DNA from: Firmicutes bacterium CAG:822 | GTDB taxonomy: Bacteria > Bacillota_I > Bacilli_A > RF39 > UBA660 | Length of the DNA stretch: 64,000 bases | Assembly: GCA_000432855.1 (NCBI GenBank) | Contig: HF990861.1 | Coordinates: 9,363 to 73,362, forward strand | Direction: 5' to 3' | Shown: positions 1 to 9,576 of the stretch, in pieces | Numbering within the stretch: position 1 is the first letter of the stretch | How the letters are laid out: each line of letters begins with the position of its first letter | The notes under the pieces: generated by a model | The model's database searches: none | Seen by the model: the letters and a program-made list of their open reading frames with translations, nothing else | What the model was told of the DNA's origin: nothing | Position numbers and translations under genes: made by a program

Positions 1-796
1 TTCCTTGATCAATTAAATTTCGAACATCTTTTGTAGTCAACTTATCGCCATCTAATATTTTTTGTGCAACAAATTCTTCTGCAGGCTCAGAAACATTTTC
101 TAAATTACTTTCCAAATTAACAGATGATGATTCTTGAAAATTTATAGCATTAGCCTCTGGTTCTTGAACAACTGGTTCAGATGAAGTAATAGGTTCAGCC
201 AAAGTCGCATGTTTAGGTACCACATCAGAAATAGTAGGTTCCTCCACTTTCAACGGTTCCATCTTCTGAATCTCTTCCTCATATACCTTCTCAATATCAG
301 CAGTACTAACCGGTTCTAACATCACACTACTTTTAGTAACTGTAAGCTTTTTCTTTTGTTCTTCTTCTTGTAATTTTCTAGCCACCTCTAATTTATAATT
401 ATCCCAAATACTTTCAAGCTGACGGGCATAATCCGCATTTTCTGGATTAAACTCTGGCCAGTTAATCGTTCTATAATCAAGTTCACCTCTCATACAAGCA
501 TAACTAAGACATCCTTCCAAATAATCCACAGCCAAATTGTAAACTCTTGCCCACGCATCACGATAATTAGGCTCGTTTTTACTAGGAATAGTCACAATAT
601 TTTTAAGCTTACTATTGGGAACATCGATCCAAACTTCACGTCCTCTAGCCACCATAAAATTACCAGATTTAAGTAACTGTGTTTTAATCCAATCTATATG
701 ATCACGTGTCACCACGCGTATTTGATTAATTAAAGCCCCTGTATCTTTTTCATCAATCATACCATCACCCGTTCCATTATTATTACCATTATACAT
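1..796 (-). CDS. hypothetical protein; only the N-terminal ~265 codons are visible because the gene runs off the left edge
   Basis: Minus-strand frame is open from ATG at 796 (SD AAGAGG 7 nt upstream) to position 1 with no stop. Begins MYNGNNNGTGDGMIDEKDTGALINQIRVV. Absent from the ORF track because no stop lies in the window. An alternative start is M13 at 760. No family recognised. Confidence 0.45.
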   Translation of the reverse strand, partial: MYNGNNNGTGDGMIDEKDTGALINQIRVVTRDHIDWIKTQLLKSGNFMVARGREVWIDVPNSKLKNIVTIPSKNEPNYRDAWARVYNLAVDYLEGCLSYACMRGELDYRTINWPEFNPENADYARQLESIWDNYKLEVARKLQEEEQKKKLTVTKSSVMLEPVSTADIEKVYEEEIQKMEPLKVEEPTISDVVPKHATLAEPITSSEPVVQEPEANAINFQESSSVNLESNLENVSEPAEEFVAQKILDGDKLTTKDVRNLIDQG

Positions 797-837
797 CCTC
801 TTTACACTTACTGTCAATATTTGTCGGTAAAATATCA

Positions 838-866
838 AAGAAAAAAGCCCAAAAATCAAGGCTTTT
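838..866 (-). terminator. rho-independent terminator after the P-type ATPase
   Basis: On the minus strand AAAGCC-loop-GGCTTT is followed by a T-run and overlaps the TGA stop at 856-858. Confidence 0.5.
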
Positions 867-3165
867 CTAAAAAATTCACTTTATTAGAAATTTTGTAAAA
901 TAAATCTGTAAATATATTAAATAAAGATATGGCAATCATAAATAAAGCGGCTGTTAAAATTAAAAGTTTTGGTGTTAAAATTGTTAATGAAAATAAGTCC
1001 CCTAAAAATACAACCTCTAACGTAAACATCGTAATTAAAAATACAAACAAACATCTACGAATTGCATTAAATGGAACACTAATCCTATACAAAAGCATAA
1101 AACCAGTAAGTCCAGTTAAAAGAACACATAAAGTAGATACTTCATCATCAGTAAGTCTAATAATGGTTGGTAGAAATACAATTATTAAAACATTAGCCAC
1201 AATCGTCAAAGCTGTTGGAATTGATCTTTTTAAAACATTGATAATTATCTTACCATTAATTCTTTCATTATTAGGTTCCAAAGCTAAAATAAATGATGGA
1301 ATTCCAATCGTTACTACACTTGTCAAAGTAAGTTGTATTGGTTCAAAAGGATAACTCTGTGGTAAAAACATAAACAATAACGCTAGTAATGTCGCATACA
1401 CTGTCTTACAAAGAAATAATGAAGATGACCTTTGAATATTATTAATACTTCTTCTTCCTTCGGCTACTACCTTTGGCATTGATGAAAAATTAGAATCCAA
1501 AAGCACCAACTGTGACACATTTCTCGCCGCATCACTACCACTATTCATCGCCACACTACAATCAGCCTCTTTCAAAGCTAAAACATCGTTTACTCCATCA
1601 CCAGTCATTGCAACTGTATGACCATTTGCTTTAAGTGCCATAATAATCTCTTTCTTCTGATTAGGTTTAACTCTTCCAAACACATTATATTTGTCAGCAA
1701 TCTGTATAATTGGCTCGTCGCATTTACTCATATCGATATATTTAATATTAGTAAGTCCAACCTTTTCAGCTACTCCAGCCACTGTTTGCGGATTATCCCC
1801 GGAAATAAGTTTAATATCGACACCCTGTTCCTTAAAATATTCAAGTGTCGCTTTAGCTTCTAATCTAACCTTATCATTAATAATAACTAAAGCCAACGGC
1901 TGAATATCTTTAGGTAAAGTTTTATTCAATTTATGCTTAACTTGACCAAGCAATACAACTCTATTACTGCGTGTATACTCATTAAGTTCTCTATCTATTT
2001 TTGACGTATCTTTTAAAACAATCTCTGGAGCCCCCAAAATATAACTTACATCTTCAAAAGAAATGCCAGACCACTTAGCTTGTGATGAAAACGGTACAAT
2101 CTCTATCACCTTATGATCATTTCTTCTCGCATACTTTTTACTAATTGCTTCCATCGTTTGATTATCATTATCCATATGATAACTCATCATACTTAAAGCA
2201 TCTACTATATCATTCATAGATGTTCCGTTTAAAGGTACTAATTTAGAAACTTCCATCTCGCCTTTCGTTAATGTTCCCGTTTTATCTAAACAAATAGTAT
2301 CAACTCTTGCCAAAGTTTCGATACAATATAATTCCTGCACCAACACATTATACTTAGAAAGTCTAATAACACTAATAGCTAAAACCGTACTAGTAAGTAG
2401 TACCAACCCTTCTGGTATCATTCCGATTAATGCGGCCACAACATGTACAACTGTATCCACAAAACTACCTTCACCCATTTGACCAATAAATAATAGAACA
2501 CCGATTGGTACAATAAATATAGAAATATATTTTATAATTTTATTTATAAAATTCATAATTTCCGAATTTACCTTTTTAATATATTTTGCTTCAGCTGATA
2601 TTTTAGCGGTATAATTATCAGCTCCTACATGTATAACTTCTGCATAACAATTCCCACTTACGACAAAACTTCCCGATAAAATATCCATTTCTTTATTTTT
2701 AGTCACCGATTCAGATTCACCTGTAATAAGTGATTCATTAACTAAAATTTCACCAGAAATAATTCTACTATCAGTCACGATTTGATTACCAGCTCTAAGT
2801 TTAATGACATCTCCTAAAACAATTTCATGAATTCCAATTTGCTTCTCTACCCCATCTCTAATAACCGTAGCTTTACTCTCATTAAGTAAAGAAAGTTTAT
2901 CAACAATTCTTTTACTTCTAATCTCTTGAATTGTACTAATTAAAGTATTACAAATGACAACCCCTAAAAAAAGTAAATTTTTATAAGAACCAACAAGAAA
3001 AATAGCTAAAGCTAAACCAAAGTTCAAAAAATTAAATAATGTGAAAAAGTTTCCCATAATAATTTGATGAGTTGATTTAGTTTTAACATCAGCTTTATAA
3101 TTTACAAGACCACGTTCTTTTAACTCAATTACCTTTTCTTCTGATAATCCATTTATTTTTTCCAT
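856..3165 (-). CDS. cation-translocating P-type ATPase (HAD-IC family)
   Basis: 769 aa. Contains DKTGTLT phosphorylation motif, TGES, MTGDGVNDVLALK hinge, and multiple TM segments at both ends. Confidence 0.9.
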   Translation of the reverse strand: MEKINGLSEEKVIELKERGLVNYKADVKTKSTHQIIMGNFFTLFNFLNFGLALAIFLVGSYKNLLFLGVVICNTLISTIQEIRSKRIVDKLSLLNESKATVIRDGVEKQIGIHEIVLGDVIKLRAGNQIVTDSRIISGEILVNESLITGESESVTKNKEMDILSGSFVVSGNCYAEVIHVGADNYTAKISAEAKYIKKVNSEIMNFINKIIKYISIFIVPIGVLLFIGQMGEGSFVDTVVHVVAALIGMIPEGLVLLTSTVLAISVIRLSKYNVLVQELYCIETLARVDTICLDKTGTLTKGEMEVSKLVPLNGTSMNDIVDALSMMSYHMDNDNQTMEAISKKYARRNDHKVIEIVPFSSQAKWSGISFEDVSYILGAPEIVLKDTSKIDRELNEYTRSNRVVLLGQVKHKLNKTLPKDIQPLALVIINDKVRLEAKATLEYFKEQGVDIKLISGDNPQTVAGVAEKVGLTNIKYIDMSKCDEPIIQIADKYNVFGRVKPNQKKEIIMALKANGHTVAMTGDGVNDVLALKEADCSVAMNSGSDAARNVSQLVLLDSNFSSMPKVVAEGRRSINNIQRSSSLFLCKTVYATLLALLFMFLPQSYPFEPIQLTLTSVVTIGIPSFILALEPNNERINGKIIINVLKRSIPTALTIVANVLIIVFLPTIIRLTDDEVSTLCVLLTGLTGFMLLYRISVPFNAIRRCLFVFLITMFTLEVVFLGDLFSLTILTPKLLILTAALFMIAISLFNIFTDLFYKISNKVNFLEKP

Positions 3166-3355
3166 AATTTTCCCTCTATATCAATTTTATCATGGATAAT
3201 TTAATATGTAAATTATTCATTTTTACTTACATAATTTCACAAAATTTGTTATAATGACTCAAGGCAAAAAGAAATTGGTATAATTGGAAACGTACATTTT
3301 AAAATGATTAACGAACAACAACAATCTTCTTTTAAAAATGAAAGGAGGTTTTTAT

Positions 3356-3835
3356 ATGCCTAAAACTAAATTTCAAGAAATCATTTTTGGAATAATGATG
3401 GTTATTTTAATGGTATTTGCTATGATAACATACAACATATCACTTCAAAATGGTGGAATATCTAATGAAATATTTTTAGAAGTACTAAAAGCATTACCCT
3501 TAACATGCTTAATCGCTTTTTTAATAGAGTTTTTCTTTGTTGGAAAATTAGTTCACAAAATAACTTTTAAAACACTAAATGTTAAACAAACAGAACCTAT
3601 ATTTATAACCTTAATGATTTCCTGTTTAACAGTTGCTTTTATGTGTCCAATTATGACTTTAATAGCCAACATATTTTTTGAATTTAAAGGCTGGGAAAAC
3701 CTATTTGTAAACTGGATTCAAACATGGACCTTAAGTTTTCCAATGGCATTATTCTGGCAACTTTTTTATGCCGGACCATTAGTTAGATTCTTATTTAGAA
3801 AAGTATTTAAAAATCAATTAAAAGCTAGTAATTAA
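3356..3835 (+). CDS. small multi-pass membrane protein, DUF2798-like
   Basis: GGAGG lies 7 nt before ATG 3356 (MPKTKFQEIIFGIMMV), so the track start at 3338 is probably too early. Four hydrophobic segments in a two-repeat layout. Confidence 0.5.
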   Translation: MPKTKFQEIIFGIMMVILMVFAMITYNISLQNGGISNEIFLEVLKALPLTCLIAFLIEFFFVGKLVHKITFKTLNVKQTEPIFITLMISCLTVAFMCPIMTLIANIFFEFKGWENLFVNWIQTWTLSFPMALFWQLFYAGPLVRFLFRKVFKNQLKASN

Positions 3836-3904
3836 ACTAGTTTTTTTCATTTTTTCAAATATTTTCTTTACAATAAACATAAAATATTATATAATTAAAA
3901 AGAC

Positions 3905-3979
3905 GCAGGTGTAGTACAACGGTTAGTATATGGCCTTGCCAAGGCTAAGATGCCGGTTCGATTCCGGTCACTTGCTCCA
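3905..3979 (+). tRNA. tRNA-Gly (anticodon GCC), CCA encoded
   Basis: Hand-folded cloverleaf. Acceptor GCAGGTG/CACTTGC, anticodon stem TGGCC/GGCTA, loop TTGCCAA, T-arm GCCGG-TTCGATT-CCGGT, discriminator T followed by CCA. Confidence 0.9.
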
Positions 3980-3991
3980 TTATGAAATTAA

Positions 3992-4016
3992 CCCTTGATT
4001 TTTCAAGGGCTTTTAT
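3992..4016 (+). terminator. rho-independent terminator after tRNA-Gly
   Basis: CCCTTGA-TTTT-TCAAGGG followed by CTTTTAT. Confidence 0.7.
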
Positions 4017-4129
4017 ATTGCCAGATGATATTTGCCTTGTATTCACCTCGTGTTTTCCTTTAAAATAATTAAAAAAAGCAAATATAAATAAAAACTTATC
4101 AAAAAAATTGATAAGTTTTTCAGTATTCA

Positions 4130-4702
4130 CTAAACATTTTTATTTCTGATATAATCTCCATCAAATTCATTTTCTAATATATCCATGTGCAACTTTCCGT
4201 AATACTTTCCGTTTAAGAAAATTGTTTCTCTATCACAACCAGTATCCTTAAACCCACATTTTAAATAACATTTATGAGCTCTTTCATTAACGTCTAAAAG
4301 ATCTAACCTAATACTATGTAAATTAAGATACTTAAAACCATATTCTAATAACATATTAATAGCTTCTGTTCCATAACCTTTACTTCTGTAATCTTTGTCC
4401 CCAATAAAAACACCAAGCACTGCACTTCTATCAGTTTGACTTATATGCACTAAGCCAACTGTTCCAATTAGTTTATCATTATCTAAATCAACAATATCAA
4501 AATTCCTATTACCATCATTTTTTACTGTTTTTTCAAGCCATTCTTTCTCACCAATAAATGTTGTAAGCTGATCACTTCTTCCAATATAATCAGTAACTTC
4601 AAAATCATTCATCCATTCAGTATACTTTTCTACTGCCTCATCATCAGCGCTTTTAGGAGATAAATATATTCTATCTCCAACTAATTTTTTAAAATATTTC
4701 AT
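4130..4702 (-). CDS. GNAT family N-acetyltransferase (RimJ/RimL-like)
   Basis: 190 aa. Acetyl-CoA binding core RSKGYGTEAINMLLEYGF and a typical GNAT beta-alpha pattern. Confidence 0.75.
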   Translation of the reverse strand: MKYFKKLVGDRIYLSPKSADDEAVEKYTEWMNDFEVTDYIGRSDQLTTFIGEKEWLEKTVKNDGNRNFDIVDLDNDKLIGTVGLVHISQTDRSAVLGVFIGDKDYRSKGYGTEAINMLLEYGFKYLNLHSIRLDLLDVNERAHKCYLKCGFKDTGCDRETIFLNGKYYGKLHMDILENEFDGDYIRNKNV

Positions 4703-4737
4703 AATATCACCTTCCTACAATCATTTTACAATTACTT

Positions 4738-5847
4738 TTATTTTACTTTATTAACAATAATTAACGGTATATAAACCTCATCATCAGTATATCCCGCATG
4801 ATGCGAACACAAAATCACATCACCTTCTGAAACTAAAGACTTATTCGAATTTTCAGCTATTGCAATATAATCACCTATCGCATCTCTAAAAAGTGGATGC
4901 TCATCACCATCACCAAATAACTTACTATCTATAATATCAGATTTATTATATAAATTAAAATATTTTCCAAAATATTTATTAAATTTTTCTTCAAATTCTT
5001 TATTTTTTCCAACTTTAACTTTAAAGGAAATTGCTCTTGTCTCCATCGAAGGCGTACGTTCTAATAAACCAGTAACATCGGGATAATCATTTAAATCTAT
5101 ATTATCCACTTTAATGTGCCCATGATCCGCTACAATAAACACTATTGTATCCTTTAACCCATCACATAACTTTTCTACCTTATCATTTCTTATTTTTATC
5201 AACTTTTTAACTTCATCACTATCAGGACCAACATCATGCATTGTGTGATCAGGCTCCTCATCATAAGCATATATGAATTTCTTACCTTCTTCAGCGCATT
5301 CTTCTTTTATTATAGAAAGCATATCATCTAAATCTTTATAACTATTTTCTCCAAAAGGAAATAAAATTCTACTTCTATACTTGCCAGCATCATTAATCTC
5401 TTCTGTTATTGTCTTATAATTAAAATACTTTTTCTTAATATCTGACCATTTGTCACTAGGCATCTGTGTAACTTTATTTTCTCCCGTAAAAAGAGCAATC
5501 ACCTCATCAATAGGCTTAATATATGAAAACCAGCCTGTATAACCGTGTTCAATTGGATTCAATCCTGTCATCATTGAAGTTGTAGCCGCCGTCGTTGTTG
5601 CTGGAAAAACACTCGTTATCTCTTTATATTTATTTTTAATAAAGAAGTCATCTTTATCTAAAGTTCTATCCAAAATCCTCGAACCCATTCCATCAAATAA
5701 TATAACTACTACATTTTTAGGTTTATTTTTATCTAAAATTTTATCCACATAATCTAATGTATTATGTTTATATTCCAAATCAAAATATTTTCTAATCGAA
5801 CAAGCTAAATTTGTAATACATTCATTATAATCGTTTTTTAAAACCAT
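4738..5847 (-). CDS. alkaline-phosphatase superfamily protein (type I phosphodiesterase / nucleotide pyrophosphatase-like)
   Basis: VVVILFDGMGSRIL...FPATTTAATTSMMTGLNPIEHG and VADHGH metal-ligand motifs. SD AGGTGGTG precedes ATG 5847, whereas the track start is 5862. The gene begins 11 nt after the SWIM gene stop. Confidence 0.7.
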   Translation of the reverse strand: MVLKNDYNECITNLACSIRKYFDLEYKHNTLDYVDKILDKNKPKNVVVILFDGMGSRILDRTLDKDDFFIKNKYKEITSVFPATTTAATTSMMTGLNPIEHGYTGWFSYIKPIDEVIALFTGENKVTQMPSDKWSDIKKKYFNYKTITEEINDAGKYRSRILFPFGENSYKDLDDMLSIIKEECAEEGKKFIYAYDEEPDHTMHDVGPDSDEVKKLIKIRNDKVEKLCDGLKDTIVFIVADHGHIKVDNIDLNDYPDVTGLLERTPSMETRAISFKVKVGKNKEFEEKFNKYFGKYFNLYNKSDIIDSKLFGDGDEHPLFRDAIGDYIAIAENSNKSLVSEGDVILCSHHAGYTDDEVYIPLIIVNKVK

Positions 5848-5858
5848 AGCACCACCTA

Positions 5859-6314
5859 TCAAAATTCAATTCTATCTCTAATAAATCTATCATACATCCA
5901 CTCAGGTCCTTCATATAACAGTTGTAAAACTGTTTCCTGAAGTTCAGCTTTACTCATCGATTTAATATATTTATGTAACTTAATTTCTAACTCTTCTTCG
6001 TAAGCCTCATATTCTTTTTGAGCTTCTTCAACTTCCTTTAAAAACCTATCTATCTCTTTTGGAAAAACCGTAAAGTATAATGCTACTATATGTTTACAAA
6101 CAATCCTTCTATCCTTTGCATGAGGACAATCACACTTTGATTTTCTAGGATGACTTACATCCATAAATACATTATACTTCTCACCATTACTACCCAAAGC
6201 AATACCAGTATAAACGTCATCATCTATTTGTTTATAACTTTTTATTTTCCCATTTTTAGCATAATCAAGTCCACGCCATACTGAATTTCCACTTGCAACA
6301 TCAATTAATCCCAT
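5859..6314 (-). CDS. SWIM zinc-finger protein
   Basis: 151 aa. CDCPHAKDRRIVCKHIVALY matches the CxC-x(n)-CxH SWIM signature, followed by a coiled-coil-like acidic C-terminus. Confidence 0.7.
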   Translation of the reverse strand: MGLIDVASGNSVWRGLDYAKNGKIKSYKQIDDDVYTGIALGSNGEKYNVFMDVSHPRKSKCDCPHAKDRRIVCKHIVALYFTVFPKEIDRFLKEVEEAQKEYEAYEEELEIKLHKYIKSMSKAELQETVLQLLYEGPEWMYDRFIRDRIEF

Positions 6315-6450
6315 AAAATACCTCTCCTATAATTTATTATCTATTTCTCCATATTAGAAACTTCTAATATAAATTTATCAAAATCAGAATTATATAACCT
6401 ATCTTGTTTTACTCTAAATTTGTCATACTCCTTATAAACAAGTTCCTTAG

Positions 6451-7368
6451 CTACTTCGTGAGAAATCTTTCTGCATCATGAAGAATTTCTCTACCGTTAA
6501 ATTTTAAAAATGCATTTAATTTCCGAGTCCAATCTTTCATCGTCATCGCATTATGATTTTCCGCCTGCATTTCCGCATAATCTAAATACATCGTAACAAT
6601 TCTATTTAAATCTTTCAATTTTTTCTCATTCAAATAATTTTTAGCAACTACAACATCGTATTTGTAAATAGATCCATCAGGACTGTTTTTCCAATTAGTT
6701 AAACCCATATTTTCTTTATCTGCATTAGCTCTATTATAAATTATTTCAGCAGCCGTATTTCCTGTAACTGCAAAATGTAATTTATTCTGAACTGTTTTAA
6801 AAAAAGTCTTTGTTATTTCACTATCTTTATCATAATCTATACTACATTGTGAATAAATATCAGTAATTTTTTGATAAAATCTTCTTTCACTAGAACGAAT
6901 ATTTTTTATTCTCTCTAAAAGTTCATCAAAATAATCTTCGCCAAAAATATAATTAGGATTTTTAAGCCTTTCATCATCCATCACAAAGCCTTTTATCATA
7001 TACTCCTTTAACACTTTTGTTGCCCATATTCTAAAATTTGTAGCTTTTTTTGAATTAACGCGATATCCAACAGCAATAATAGCATCTAAATTATAAACCA
7101 AAGTTTTTCTTTTTACTCTTCGTTCACCTTCATTTTGAACTAGGAAGATTTCCTTCTTAGTTGAACTCTCATCTAACTCTCTGTCAAAATATATGTTTTG
7201 TAAATGAAGACCAATATTTCTCCTTGATGTATCAAATAATTCAGACATTAAATTTTGTGTTAACCATAAATCATGATTAATAAGCATCACATTTACTTTA
7301 ACATCACCATTATCATCTTTATAAATTAAGAAATCACGATTAGTAACTTGTAAATCTTTTTCATTCAT
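6451..7368 (-). CDS. RhuM family virulence/Fic-associated protein
   Basis: 305 aa. N-terminus FLIYKDDNGDVKVNVMLINHDLWLTQNLMSELFDTSRRNIGLHLQNIY and the AVGYRVNSKKATNFRIWATKVLKEY block are characteristic of RhuM. Confidence 0.7.
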   Translation of the reverse strand: MNEKDLQVTNRDFLIYKDDNGDVKVNVMLINHDLWLTQNLMSELFDTSRRNIGLHLQNIYFDRELDESSTKKEIFLVQNEGERRVKRKTLVYNLDAIIAVGYRVNSKKATNFRIWATKVLKEYMIKGFVMDDERLKNPNYIFGEDYFDELLERIKNIRSSERRFYQKITDIYSQCSIDYDKDSEITKTFFKTVQNKLHFAVTGNTAAEIIYNRANADKENMGLTNWKNSPDGSIYKYDVVVAKNYLNEKKLKDLNRIVTMYLDYAEMQAENHNAMTMKDWTRKLNAFLKFNGREILHDAERFLTK

Positions 7369-7506
7369 ATAGATATACCTCCTTTTTATTTTTAACCATA
7401 TTAAAATTATTTCAATTATTATAACATTTAATTTCTCACCATTCTATATTAATTATAATATTTTAAAAATTTCTATACAAAAAAAACATATCATTTGATA
7501 TGCATT

Positions 7507-7590
7507 TTATCTTTCAAATATATTTTCAAGCCAAACAGAAACATCACCTATCCAGTCCCCACCAGCTCCAAAGCCATGTGGATAACCCGG
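7507..7590 (-). pseudogene. C-terminal remnant (27 codons + stop) of an alpha/beta hydrolase paralogous to 9577-10560
   Basis: Minus-strand reading is PGYPHGFGAGGDWIGDVSVWLENIFER*. It aligns by eye with ...GLPHGFGLGIGTNAEGWIDNAVKFWEDHM* of the neighbouring hydrolase and ends exactly at the IS left inverted repeat. Confidence 0.65.
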
Positions 7591-9505
7591 GACTTTGACA
7601 GTTTTAAATTAAGAAAATTGCATAAACCATTGAAAAAATGGTTATTTTTTTGTCAAATTTTTAATATGCGTAATTTATGGTAATTTGATATAATTATATT
7701 AGATTAGGATAGTGATATCATGAGATTAACGATTACAAAAAGCAAAAACTCTGAATCATTCTTTGTTATTAAATCTGTTACTATCAACGGGAAAAGAACA
7801 TCTAAAGTAATTGAAAAATTAGGTAATCTAGAGGAAGTTACGCTTAAAGCTCAAGGACAAAATCCATATGTATGGGCAAAACAATATGTTGAATTGTTAA
7901 ATAAAGAAGAAAAAGAAAACTCTAGTGACATTATTTTAAAATTGTCACAATCCAAAAAATTAAAAGATAATGAACAATATACAAAACTTGGTTTAAATAA
8001 AATCTGTGATGAAATAACTGATAAATATCAATTTAAATATGATTTGAATTCTATTTTATCTAGACTTATTTATGGTAGAATTATTTATCCATCTTCTAAG
8101 CTTAAAACTCTAGAATTATCTAAAAACTTTCTTGAACAACCAAATTTTGAACTTCATGATATTTATAGAGCTTTAGAAGTCATAGCTAATGAATCTGATT
8201 TTATCCAATCTGAGCTTTATAAAAATAGCTTAAATTTTATGAAAAGAAATGATAGAGTTTTATATTATGATTGTACAAATTTCTTTTTTGAAATTGAAGA
8301 AGAAAGTGGCTTAAGACAATATGGTAAGTCAAAGGAAAACAGACCTACTCCTATTACTAAAATGGGCTTATTTTTAGATGGTGATGGCATTCCAATGTCA
8401 TTAGGTATATTTGCTGGTAATACTAATGAACAAATTACTATGAAACCACTAGAAGAAAAAATAATAAAAGATTTTCATTCTTCAAAATTTGTTGTATGTA
8501 CTGATGCTGGTTTAGCTTCTAATACAAATAGAAAATTTAATAATATAAGTGGAAGAAGTTTTATCACTACTCAGTCTATTAAAAAATTAAAATCACACCT
8601 TAAACAGTGGGCTTTAGATTTAACTTCTGGTTGGAAACTATATGGTAGTGATAAAACTTATAATATTTCTAAATTAAGAGAAAATGAAGAATTGATGGAA
8701 CAATATCATGATAAAACTTTCTACAAAGAAAAATGGATTAAAGAAAACGGAATAGAACAAAGACTTATTGTTACCTATTCAGTAAAATATCAAGAATACC
8801 AAAAAAATATTAGAGAAAATCAAATACAAAGAGCCCAAAAACTTATTGATAAAAATTCTAAAAAAATAGGTAAACCGAAACAGAATGATCCTAAAAGATT
8901 TATAAGTACTATCTCTATTACTCCTAACGGAGAAGTAGCTGAAGAGAATCATTACGAGCTGAATTATGATGTTATTAATGAAGAAGCAAAATATGATGGA
9001 TTATATGCAGTATGTACAAATCTTGAAGATAATGTTCAAGATATAATTAAAATTAATCATCGCAGATGGGAAATTGAAGAATCATTTAGACTTATGAAAA
9101 GTGAATTTAAATCAAGACCTGTATACTTATCTAGAGATGATAGAATTAAAGCTCACTTTACTACTTGTTTCCTTGCTTTAACTATCTTTAGATATTTAGA
9201 AAAAATACTTGATGAAAAATTTACTGCCGAAAAAATTATAGATACTTTAAGAAATTATAATTTTAGGAACTTTCCTGGATTTGGATATGTGCCATTATAT
9301 ACATCCAGCAATTTAATTCATACATTGCATGAGAAAACAAGCATTAATACCAACTATGAAATACTTAATTATAAAAAATTTAAAATAATTTTCAAGGAAA
9401 CAAAATTATAAAAAAATTACGCACTTTTTTAAATATATAAAAACTCCTCGAAGCTTTATAAAATAAGCCTTAAGGAGTTTTTTGCTTTGTAAAACTGTCA
9501 AATTC
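7591..9505 (+). mobile_element. IS1634-family (IS4-like DDE) insertion sequence, ~1.9 kb
   Basis: Imperfect terminal inverted repeats GACTTTGACAGTTTTA (7591-7606) and TAAAACTGTCAAATTC (9490-9505) share a 13-bp core TTTGACAGTTTTA. A single 563-aa transposase ORF lies between them. No short target-site duplication was seen. Confidence 0.7.
7720..9411 (+). CDS. IS1634 family transposase
   Basis: 563 aa. The N-terminus MRLTITKSKNSESFFVIKS...GKRTSKVIEKLG and the C-terminal HRRWEIEESFRLMKSEF (DDE E-region) are typical. Confidence 0.75.
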   Translation: MRLTITKSKNSESFFVIKSVTINGKRTSKVIEKLGNLEEVTLKAQGQNPYVWAKQYVELLNKEEKENSSDIILKLSQSKKLKDNEQYTKLGLNKICDEITDKYQFKYDLNSILSRLIYGRIIYPSSKLKTLELSKNFLEQPNFELHDIYRALEVIANESDFIQSELYKNSLNFMKRNDRVLYYDCTNFFFEIEEESGLRQYGKSKENRPTPITKMGLFLDGDGIPMSLGIFAGNTNEQITMKPLEEKIIKDFHSSKFVVCTDAGLASNTNRKFNNISGRSFITTQSIKKLKSHLKQWALDLTSGWKLYGSDKTYNISKLRENEELMEQYHDKTFYKEKWIKENGIEQRLIVTYSVKYQEYQKNIRENQIQRAQKLIDKNSKKIGKPKQNDPKRFISTISITPNGEVAEENHYELNYDVINEEAKYDGLYAVCTNLEDNVQDIIKINHRRWEIEESFRLMKSEFKSRPVYLSRDDRIKAHFTTCFLALTIFRYLEKILDEKFTAEKIIDTLRNYNFRNFPGFGYVPLYTSSNLIHTLHEKTSINTNYEILNYKKFKIIFKETKL

Positions 9506-9576
9506 AGGATTTTAAATTATGACACCCCATTTTTTATAATCAGAGAAATAATTCTCATTAAACCATATTTGTGCAT

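Noticed and set aside
929-1903. Plus-strand track ORFs (929-1354, 1618-1863, 1691-1903) and similar antisense ORFs elsewhere (9655-9912, 9804-10037, 11525-11728, 12044-12241, 12897-13184, 17185-17391, 19569-19787, 39062-40008, 40852-41358, 50930-51196, 52987-53181, 54681-54893, 55454-55738, 58885-59073, 62832-63083)
   Set aside because: All lie inside, antisense to or out of frame with long ORFs that have strong family signatures. Their sequences are low-complexity and typical of shadow frames in AT-rich DNA.
3945-4130. Track ORF of 61 aa on the minus strand
   Set aside because: It overlaps tRNA-Gly and its terminator on the opposite strand and has no SD. It is spurious.
9506-9576. The right flank of the IS as the missing 5' part of the truncated hydrolase
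   Set aside because: None of the three minus-strand frames resembles the hydrolase paralog. The longest (..IWFNENYFSDYKKWGVII*) has no start codon, and only 70 nt are available.
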